NCBI GenBank assembly: GCA_002269645.1
Contig: NIVC01003832.1
Span: 10,590-74,589 of the forward strand
Length of the DNA: 64,000 nucleotides
Direction: 5' to 3'
DNA from: Macrostomum lignano
Lineage: Eukaryota
Both the position numbers and the translations under genes were made by a program. The first letter of the stretch is position 1, and each line of letters begins with the position of its first letter. The notes under the pieces are model-generated. The model was not told the origin of the DNA. It searched no databases and saw nothing but the letters and a program-made list of their open reading frames with translations. Positions 39,001 through 46,899 of this stretch are shown here, piece by piece.

Positions 39001-42000
39001 ATTGATTAACTTAAAAAACTCGTCCTTCTTAGCTTCGTCCTCAAAGATCGCAAACGTGTCATCGACGTAGCGTTTGTAGAAGTGAGGCGCACAAGGGAGG
39101 GCCATCCAGTCCTTCTCCCAGTGGGCCATGCATAAATTAGCGAGGGTTGGGGCGAGAGGGCTGCCCATGGCACACCCATCAATCTGTCTGTAATATTTGT
39201 CCCGAAAAAGAAAGATGCCGGAGGTGGCGAATTTGAGCATCTTCTTAAAAGTGGCTTTGGAGAAAGGAGGTGGATCGGTTTTTTCATACACAAGATCAGC
39301 AGCCAGCTCAATGGTGAAATCGAGAGGGATGTTGGTGAACAGTGAAACAACATCAAAGCTATAAAGCCTGTCAGTTTGATTAATCGTGGTATTGCTGAGG
39401 CTCTCAATAAACTGTTTATTGGATCCCACACAGTGCTCAGAAGGAATAACAGGTTTAATTAAATTGTCAAGGAATTTGGCTAGCTCATACTCTGAAGTGT
39501 TGATCATCGAAACAATTGGTCTTAAAGGATGACCATCCTTATGAACTTTGCACAGACCATACAGTTGTCCAGGTTGGCTACCATTTGGGACAATCACCTT
39601 AAAAATCTCAGGGCTCACATGCGGCTTGACATAAGTTCTCAAAAAATTCTGAAGAGATCTTTCATTTTTCAGAATCGGGTGGGTCATAGTGACTTTATCG
39701 GCGGTACCAAGGCATTGAAACTTGAGTTTGTCCTGGATCACTTTCTCAAGTTTCTCGAAATAATCATTACTGTCTAAGACAGCAACGCCATAGCCTTTAT
39801 CGTAACCAACGATCTTGATGTTGTCATTGTTCTTGAGACCGTTCATAGTCTGGTGCATAAGCCTATTGCTTTTCTTGTTAACGTATCCTTGAGCTCTACA
39901 GATAAACTTTTCAAATTCAGCAATGATACGGTGTTTAAGCTTATCGGGTGGCGGCGCTGTTCCACCCGATAAGCTTAAACACCGTATCATTGCTGAATTT
40001 GAAAAGTTTATCTGTAGAGCTCAAGGATACGTTAACAAGAAAAGCAATAGGCTTATGCACCAGACTATGAACGGTCTCAAGAACAATGACAACATCAAGA
40101 TCGTTGGTTACGATAAAGGCTATGGCGTTGCTGTCTTAGACAGTAATGATTATTTCGAGAAACTTGAGAAAGTGATCCAGGACAAACTCAAGTTTCAATG
40201 CCTTGGTACCGCCGATAAAGTCACTATGACCCACCCGATTCTGAAAAATGAAAGATCTCTTCAGAATTTTTTGAGAACTTATGTCAAGCCGCATGTGAGC
40301 CCTGAGATTTTTAAGGTGATTGTCCCAAATGGTAGCCAACCTGGACAACTGTATGGTCTGTGCAAAGTTCATAAGGATGGTCATCCTTTAAGACCAATTG
40401 TTTCGATGATCAACACTTCAGAGTATGAGCTAGCCAAATTCCTTGACAATTTAATTAAACCTGTTATTCCTTCTGAGCACTGTGTGGGATCCAATAAACA
40501 GTTTATTGAGAGCCTCAGCAATACCACGATTAATCAAACTGACAGGCTTTATAGCTTTGATGTTGTTTCACTGTTCACCAACATCCCTCTCGATTTCACC
40601 ATTGAGCTGGCTGCTGATCTTGTGTATGAAAAAACCGATCCACCTCCTTTCTCCAAAGCCACTTTTAAGAAGATGCTCAAATTCGCCACCTCCGGCATCT
40701 TTCTTTTTCGGGACAAATATTACAGACAGATTGATGGGTGTGCCATGGGCAGCCCTCTCGCCCCAACCCTCGCTAATTTATGCATGGCCCACTGGGAGAA
40801 GGACTGGATGGCCCTCCCTTGTGCGCCTCACTTCTACAAACGCTACGTCGATGACACGTTTGCGATCTTTGAGGACGAAGCTAAGAAGGACGAGTTTTTT
40901 AAGTTAATCAATTCTACTCATGAGAATATCAAATTCACGGCGGAGGGGGGAGGCAGGAGACTTCCTTTCTTAGACATTGACGTTGACGCCACCGATGAAA
41001 CTATTTCGACCAGCGTGTATAGGAAACCTAGCTTTACCGGGCTTATGCTTAGGTTTGACGCCTTGTGCCCTAGACAATGGAAAACCGGATTGATTCGTTG
41101 CTTTCTTCACCGGGCTTTTTCCACTTGCAGCTCTTGGAGACTTTTCCACAACGAAGTTGAAATCCTCACCAATCTGCTCAGCTACAATGGCTATCCTAAG
41201 AACTTTGTGATGAAAATTGTCAACTCTTTTCTCAATGACAAACTGACTGAACCTAATCGGATGAAAGTTCGTGATTCCACCTCTGAATGTCCCTTGATCA
41301 CTTTGCCTTACTTTGGTGTTTGTTCTATAGAGTTTAAAAAGAAGTTAGAAAAGCTGCTCCGTAAAGACTTAAACACTCAAATCCGTGTTGTGTTTCGCAC
41401 CGAAAAGATTGCTAAGTTTGTCTGCAAGTTGAAATCCAGTGTTCCACGTCCTCTCGCGGCTGGTGTCGTGTATAAATTTGTTTGCTCTGAGGACCAGAGC
41501 ATCTCCTACATAGGAAAAACTAAACGACACTTATACACGAGGGTCAGAGAGCACTGGCTAAAAAACTCTGCTATTAACGAACACCTGCTAACCTGCAATT
41601 CTTGTTGTGAGGCTGAACCACACGAAATGATAAAGGCTATTGATTTTTGTAATAGAGATCACATGCTCTGCCTATTAGAAGCCCTGTACATTAAGACCAA
41701 ACAGCCCACGTTAAATAACCAACTTGCGATGGGTGGGGCTAGCCGTCAACTCAGAATTTTTTAGCTGATTTGTCAATGACCGGACTGGCTTGAAACTGAT
41801 ATGCACTTTACCCAACCAATACTGTATCAAAAATTGATTACTATGTACAAGTTTTAAACCATCAATTAAAAACTCAATTCAACTACTCTTGTTACTCTCA
41901 ACTATCTATATATACTGAATATTCGTTCAAATTGTTTCTCAATAAAAAGACCCTGACGATGTCCTAATGCAAATGGACGAAATGCATCGGCAACTCAAAT

Positions 42001-44807
42001 AATACTTCATGTTGATATTTACCTTTATTTATCTACTCTTCATCAAGCGAGCCACTTTACCATCTATAATTTATCTCAGATTGACGTGGTCCTGCACACC
42101 CTGCTGGTGTACACGGTCTGGTGCTGCGTGCTGGCACTGCTGCTAGAATTGCGCAGGCCCCGGTCTCCGCTGCCAGCCCTGGCCCGCTGCTTTTTCACCG
42201 CCCTGCAGGGCAGCTGGTTTATCCAGGTACGAGACTGCTGATCGCGTTTCTTATCGATCTACCGCAAATTAGACTTTAGCCAGGCAAAACCACTGATACT
42301 GGAATAACCAGATGGGCCACTCAGCACATTTGCGTATAAACTACTTTCAGTTCAGTAGTAAGTTAAACAGAAGCATTTTAATGTATTTTTAAAGCCAAGG
42401 CTCATTTATTGGCTCTTATCCCCCACAGCTTAAACCCCCCCCAACCGCGCCTTTCCACTAAGTATCCATGCCTGAGTGGCCCATCTGGTTATTTTAGTAT
42501 CTGTGGGCAAAACTGGGGGTACTGCACAGCCCGTTGAAAAAGGATACCGTGACAAGAATCGCAAAGAGTCATTGCAATCAACTCACTAGTGACTCTAGCG
42601 ACCCTGGTGTGACTCTTGTGAATTTTTAACAACTCAAACGACTGAAATGCCACGTAGTAGAGGCGACTTTTGAGGCAGGACCAGTCGTCCAAGAGTCGTT
42701 GTGTTAGCGCTAAACTCTCTACTAACTCAAGTAGGCAAAATAGAGTTGTTGTAAATGCGAAATGCGATTTTAATTCGTTCTAAGTGACGCATATGCGCTC
42801 TACGGCAGTAAAAATATTACATACCCCAATTTTCAATTGCACATTTTCCAATTACAAATTAAATATTAAGGTACCAAACCAAATGGTAGGGTATTCTACA
42901 GGAATTCTAGCTATACAGTCTACACTGCACCGCACCCACAAAGAACGGAAGAAAAGAGCTTAATTTCAATCAACCAAGTTGGCCAAAAAACTTTTCGATG
43001 TATTTCTGCATTACAAGAATAAAGGCAACACTTAGTGACCAGCCAGACACAAAGAGACACATTGTGACAATTGGCGAGCAAGGCGAGCAACGCGCGGGAG
43101 GCGCACAGCGAATAAGCGACCTCCAAACCCAAAGCGAGCAAGCGATCAAAAGCAGAAGGCTGGGAGCTAAAACAAAGCAGAGACACTACCGGCAAAAGTC
43201 ACAGCAGCCTCCGCTGTCTGGTGAAACTGGGGGAGATAACGCTGCACAGCCTCACTTCTCCAGTCACCAATGTGCATGATATCAGACACTGGGAGGCCTA
43301 GCACAGACGCCCAGATAGCTCCTCCTCGTCGCAGACTGTGCGCGGAGTAAGATCCTGGTCGAACGCCGGCTGCGGCAAACTTGTCACGGAGGAAGCAGTC
43401 CAGGTGCTTCCCAGTCAGCAGGCGCAAGCCGCCACTTCCATCGGCGTAGGACCAGAGCGGTGACTCCGGGTGGGGGCCACACAGATGCACAGAGACCGCA
43501 AGGGCCGGGCTGATCACTAAAGCCGGTTTGCACAGGCGCAAGCACCCATGCAAACCAAAGCATTGTGTTGCAAAGCGTCGTAGGCAAAAATACGCACGCC
43601 GAAACTCATTTCCTCGACGTGGCCCACAACCAAGAACACGCGTTAAAAAGAATCGGAGGCTACCACCACGAGTCAGTTTGAAATACAAATAAGACAACAC
43701 CCAAATACCGCAATGACCAGTCCAAGGGTCCTGAATAGCAAAGCGACTGCGAGCTGGCTGGAAGGGTAAGGGAGGCAAAAAGTGTTTTCATAGGATTCGT
43801 AGGATTCTTGGAAAGAGGAGAGAAAAAGGAGAGTATTTTGCTAGAACCAATCTACTACCGACCGAACAGGACATATATTTGGTTCAAAAAGATCAGTAGT
43901 CAAAATCAACGCTACTCATTACCAGTAGGCAATAGCCAATTCAAGCGAGCCAATAGGATTCCCTGGATATGGGCTGCACCCACAGATACTAAAATAATAC
44001 GTAAAATAAAAAATTAACATAGAAATCTAATTTTCTGAACGAAAAGCTTTATAAATATCGATAGAGCAATAAAAAAGGCACAACATATCAAAAGATCAAC
44101 ACTGGATCTGCCTCCTATCAAAAGTAATAGCAATTTTTGTGCTCAAAAAATGAAAATTTCCTATCTCCGTAGTGTATTTTTTTCGGGAAAAAGTGCCTTC
44201 AAAAATTTTCTAAGAAACGAGGTTTCCCGTCCTTCTACTTAAGTGGTCCTTGATTTTTACATTGATCATTAATCTGTATTACATGGATTTGCACGATCAA
44301 CCCTTGTGTGAAAACTGTTACTTTAGAATGCTACATACACAGAGCTTTAATGCTATAGAGCTTTAATACTGAACTTTACCCCCTAAGAGGAAAGAGGAGA
44401 TGAGAGAAGAAATAAACCCTGAGCGGGCAGGATTGCTAATTGTGAAGTCTCGTATGCCGGAGTTTGGTGACACAGAAAGCTATTAATTAATTTTAATCAC
44501 ATCGCAGGTAGGCGCAATGCTCTACCCGCCTGTACCGTGGCTTCGCCAATTCCAATTAACAAAAGCTGAACACGACAGCATCATGTTGGCCACTGTGATA
44601 TTCGCTTGGCACGGCCTGGCCATATTCATATTTGCCCTGTGCCTGGCCATGCTCATCAGCCGCTATCACGCTCGCCGGGGTCCTATGGACGGCGGTGATA
44701 GGCGAGAGGTCAGCATGGAGCGGCTGATTAAATCTGACGGACAGAGCGGCCGAGGCGGCGGCGCCAGCGGCGTTGGAGTCGATGATGATGACGAGGATAG
44801 CGACTAG
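35615..44807 (+). CDS. TMEM45: TMEM45 family (DUF716) multipass membrane protein, 3 exons, 291 aa
   Basis: Exons 35615-36043, 42080-42226, 44508-44807, all phase 0. Motifs MGTFLGHLLPGAFF, QHATMY..FAMSGLVD, EAILFTFHLHGR, LQGSWFIQ, FAWH match my recollection of TMEM45A/B. Confidence 0.92.
36110..37795. repeat. Minisatellite, 43-nt unit (cagaaaccataaatttgacaatgtcagactacacttaagcctt), interrupted by the hAT MITE at 37134-37737
   Basis: About 24 copies before and 1-2 after the MITE. Confidence 0.94.
37134..37737. mobile_element. Non-autonomous hAT-type DNA transposon (MITE, 604 bp) with an internal minisatellite of about 21-22 nt
   Basis: 16-nt TIRs cagtggcgtagccagg / cctggctacgccactg; perfect 8-bp TSD tgtcagac (37126-37133 and 37738-37745); internal (ttggcgccgcaggcactcattt)n at about 37210-37630. 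Confidence 0.88.
37923..37962 (-). ncRNA. Mirror copy of the hammerhead-like motif (left arm)
   Basis: Exact reverse complement of 41951-41990. Confidence 0.68.
38149..39990 (-). CDS. Penelope-like RT + GIY-YIG endonuclease ORF (left arm, 613 aa)
   Basis: DKG motif, DVVSLFTNIP, QIDGCAMGSPLAP, RYVDD, LPFLD, GVVYKFVC...YIGKTKRHLYTRVREH, then H/C residues. Confidence 0.93.
   Translation of the reverse strand: MIRCLSLSGGTAPPPDKLKHRIIAEFEKFICRAQGYVNKKSNRLMHQTMNGLKNNDNIKIVGYDKGYGVAVLDSNDYFEKLEKVIQDKLKFQCLGTADKVTMTHPILKNERSLQNFLRTYVKPHVSPEIFKVIVPNGSQPGQLYGLCKVHKDGHPLRPIVSMINTSEYELAKFLDNLIKPVIPSEHCVGSNKQFIESLSNTTINQTDRLYSFDVVSLFTNIPLDFTIELAADLVYEKTDPPPFSKATFKKMLKFATSGIFLFRDKYYRQIDGCAMGSPLAPTLANLCMAHWEKDWMALPCAPHFYKRYVDDTFAIFEDEAKKDEFFKLINSTHENIKFTAEGGGRRLPFLDIDVDATDETISTSVYRKPSFTGLMLRFDALCPRQWKTGLIRCFLHRAFSTCSSWRLFHNEVEILTNLLSYNGYPKNFVMKIVNSFLNDKLTEPNRMKVRDSTSECPLITLPYFGVCSIEFKKKLEKLLRKDLNTQIRVVFRTEKIAKFVCKLKSSVPRPLAAGVVYKFVCSEDQSISYIGKTKRHLYTRVREHWLKNSAINEHLLTCNSCCEAEPHEMIKAIDFCNRDHMLCLLEALYIKTKQPTLNNQLAMGGASRQLRIF
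39923..41764 (+). CDS. Penelope-like RT + GIY-YIG endonuclease ORF (right arm, 613 aa)
   Basis: Mirror copy of 38149-39990 with the same RT and GIY-YIG motifs, uninterrupted. Confidence 0.93.
   Translation: MIRCLSLSGGGAVPPDKLKHRIIAEFEKFICRAQGYVNKKSNRLMHQTMNGLKNNDNIKIVGYDKGYGVAVLDSNDYFEKLEKVIQDKLKFQCLGTADKVTMTHPILKNERSLQNFLRTYVKPHVSPEIFKVIVPNGSQPGQLYGLCKVHKDGHPLRPIVSMINTSEYELAKFLDNLIKPVIPSEHCVGSNKQFIESLSNTTINQTDRLYSFDVVSLFTNIPLDFTIELAADLVYEKTDPPPFSKATFKKMLKFATSGIFLFRDKYYRQIDGCAMGSPLAPTLANLCMAHWEKDWMALPCAPHFYKRYVDDTFAIFEDEAKKDEFFKLINSTHENIKFTAEGGGRRLPFLDIDVDATDETISTSVYRKPSFTGLMLRFDALCPRQWKTGLIRCFLHRAFSTCSSWRLFHNEVEILTNLLSYNGYPKNFVMKIVNSFLNDKLTEPNRMKVRDSTSECPLITLPYFGVCSIEFKKKLEKLLRKDLNTQIRVVFRTEKIAKFVCKLKSSVPRPLAAGVVYKFVCSEDQSISYIGKTKRHLYTRVREHWLKNSAINEHLLTCNSCCEAEPHEMIKAIDFCNRDHMLCLLEALYIKTKQPTLNNQLAMGGASRQLRIF
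41951..41990 (+). ncRNA. Minimal type I hammerhead-ribozyme-like motif in the Penelope 3' region
   Basis: CUGACGA 41953-41959, extra U, stem II GUCC/GGAC, GAAA 41979-41982, palindromic stem III AUGCAU, AUC cleavage triplet ending 41988; stem I only 2 bp, so it may be weak. Confidence 0.7.
42080..42226 (+). CDS. TMEM45: TMEM45 exon 2 (IDVVLHTLLVY...LQGSWFIQ)
   Basis: tctcag acceptor, CAG|gtacga donor, 147 nt. Confidence 0.9.
42303..42493. mobile_element. Small MITE-like inverted-repeat element (about 190 bp) in TMEM45 intron 2
   Basis: 22-nt IR aataaccagatgggccactcag / ctgagtggcccatctggttatt. Confidence 0.45.
43167..43778 (-). pseudogene. Tyrosine recombinase C-terminal remnant of a DIRS-order (Ngaro/DIRS-like) retrotransposon
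   Basis: YSAHSLRRGGA (H-x-x-R) followed by IMHIGDWRSEAVQRYL (catalytic H/W and Y region); upstream part degenerate; no adjacent RT/RNase H seen. Confidence 0.75.
44508..44807 (+). CDS. TMEM45: TMEM45 exon 3 (VGAMLYPP...DDDDEDSD*)
   Basis: tcgcag acceptor, 300 nt ending in TAG; acidic C-terminus. Confidence 0.9.
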   Translation, partial: VGAMLYPPVPWLRQFQLTKAEHDSIMLATVIFAWHGLAIFIFALCLAMLISRYHARRGPMDGGDRREVSMERLIKSDGQSGRGGGASGVGVDDDDEDSD

Positions 44808-46064
44808 CGACTCTGATCTGAGCTGTCAAGGAGGTCCGATAGTGAGAGGTCGACACAACAATTTGTGAAATAATTGATAAGAAGATAGACAATACTACAA
44901 TATACTAGAAGTCTAGGATTTATCACACAGCCAATCAAGTGGATAATTTTGTTAAAAATCAGCACTTGTCAGCGATGAAGTTTCTGTTGCCAGAATACTT
45001 GCTTTGAAATTCTCTACTTGATTATCTTTTAGTCCCTAACAGCTGGCTTGGCCAATACAATTCTTGACCATAGACAATAGTTCAGACTTGATTGGCTGAA
45101 TTATCACTGTGTGTATAGTTAAACAGATGTACATCGCTTGTTACTAAAAATAGATGCGCAGAATTGCTCATCGTGTTGCTAAAAATAGACAGTGTAAGTA
45201 ACATGGTATGAGGATTTACCCTCAATAGACTAACTCAAATGTACGCAGTAATATCTAATCTGTTTTTAACATCAGAACTATAAACGTACACTTGCAAAAC
45301 CAAAACAAATGCTAGAAATGTTTTTGTATTGTGTTGTTGATCATTTTTTAATCGCTGTGTATTGTTGTCCTCCTTGATTTTTATACAATTGGAGCAAACC
45401 TTTTGTTTCTATATTGTATAGTGCATTTTTTTAAATTGAAGTTTTAGAAGACGCAGAGTTTTTTATTTGAACTTCTGCGTGTGAAATTTTCTCCAGCGTC
45501 TTGTTGTATTGCTAAACGCGGTGATGGCGATATTCAATCTTGTCCCCGAATGCTTCCATTAAATTTGTTGTTTATCCTTGTATAAGCTTTCATCTTTTTG
45601 TTGCAATATTAGATTAAATACTATGCCGAATATTATATTGTTACTCTTCAAATTTCTAGCTTATTGTGCGCAGTTTACTCCTTGGCAGTAGTATATACTC
45701 ATATTTGTTTTGACGCGCGTATTTGGATGTCGTCTTCCGCATCTATTCATAGCTAAGCCCAGCCCCCCCCCTAGCTCACAGTGCGGTCTAGTCTAGTCTA
45801 GTCTGGCTTTTTGTCTTTTTTTAACCCAATTGCATGATTTTTCCTGTTCTTGTTTTTGGCGTTTTTACTTGGTGATCAGGTTTCATCAGCTAGTCTGTGC
45901 TTTTATTGGTGTGCAGCTTTTTATTTTTATTATCAGTGTTTACTGATCCTTAAATATAATATTATACTGCTAATATTGTGTGCCGTATATCTTATCGATT
46001 ATTACCAGTATTCATTGTCGAGTTATTCACTTTATATAGTCTGGTTTAAATTTTTTTTGACATG

Positions 46065-46310
46065 GGTGGCGGAGTGAGGTTGGTGGCGGCGGAGTGAGGT
46101 GGGCGGCGGAGTGAGGTGGGTGGCGGAGTGAGGTGGGCGGCGGAGTGAGGTGGGCGGCGGAGTGAGGTGGGTGGCGGAGTGAGGTGGGCGGCGGAGTGAG
46201 GAGGGTGGCGGCGGATTGGGGTGGGCGGAGGCAGTGTAAGGTGGGCAGCGGTGGAGTGAGAAGGGTGGCCTCGGTGTGAGGAGGGTCGCGGTGGAGTGAG
46301 GTGGACGGCG
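46065..46310. repeat. G-rich repeat (ggcggagtgaggtgg)n between the convergent 3' ends of TMEM45 and PKD1
   Basis: Direct reading. Confidence 0.85.
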
Positions 46311-46759
46311 GCCGCGTGTGCAATTTGATTAATTTATGATGCTAGCTCGTATTTGCTCTCAAAAAAATAATAAAAGTCGAAGTGAGCTGAATTATAATGC
46401 TAGTTAGAATAATAGAGTTAAGAAACAGTGTTTATTGCCGAAAAGAAAAATTTAGACATTGAGTATTTAATTTTTTTTTGGTTTAGATTCAAAATTAGAA
46501 ATTCCCTCTGTTTTGTTTAAAAAATACCAATTATAGCGTCAAGATAGTACTAAAAGTATTTATAATTCGAGATAAGAGAAGTACTTTCCGTTTGTTGTGC
46601 AGAAAGTTTTTTAAGTTTTCAATTTCATAGCAAAGTTTCATAGCATTATTCTCTTAAAAAAGAGTTTTTTTTAAAAAATCCGGTAAAATGTCCTTGCTAC
46701 TTAGAGTAACTAATCAATTCAAATCGAAATTCCTATGTTAATCTGCGGTCTCTCTGCGA

Positions 46760-46899
46760 TCACATGTAGATCTTCCGCCTCGGGTCCGCGTCATCCTCGG
46801 TGCGGTGTCTCCACTGCGCGTTGGCCGTCCCAAGGATGACTTCCAGTTGCAGGATGCGCAGGTTCAGCTCCTCGAAGTCCTCCTCTACCTGCTCGCTGC
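46760..46899 (-). CDS. PKD1: PKD1-like last exon (coiled-coil tail SEQVEEDFEELNLRILQLEVIL...KIYM*)
   Basis: ttgcag acceptor, phase 1, TGA 46762-46760. Confidence 0.8.

Larger units (their letters stand above)
37886..42059. mobile_element. Penelope-like retroelement insertion: two 5'-truncated copies fused head-to-head as a palindrome (arms 37886-39951 and 39962-42027, 10-nt spacer), plus a 32-nt one-sided tail
   Basis: Arms are reverse complements (position i pairs with 79913-i at both ends and at both ORF ends); the two ORF translations are identical after residue 13; ccatctataattta occurs at 37874-37887 and 42060-42073 (TSD). Confidence 0.93.

Noticed and set aside
39006-40907. Secondary ORFs inside the Penelope arms (141 aa and 82 aa, mirrored)
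   Set aside because: Alternative-frame or antisense by-products of the main ORF, with no recognisable motifs.
37886-42027. Palindrome as a simple missed-adapter fold-back read artefact
   Set aside because: Flanks are unique, TMEM45 exons continue in order, and there is a TSD and a one-sided tail. Considered unlikely, but not excluded without raw reads.
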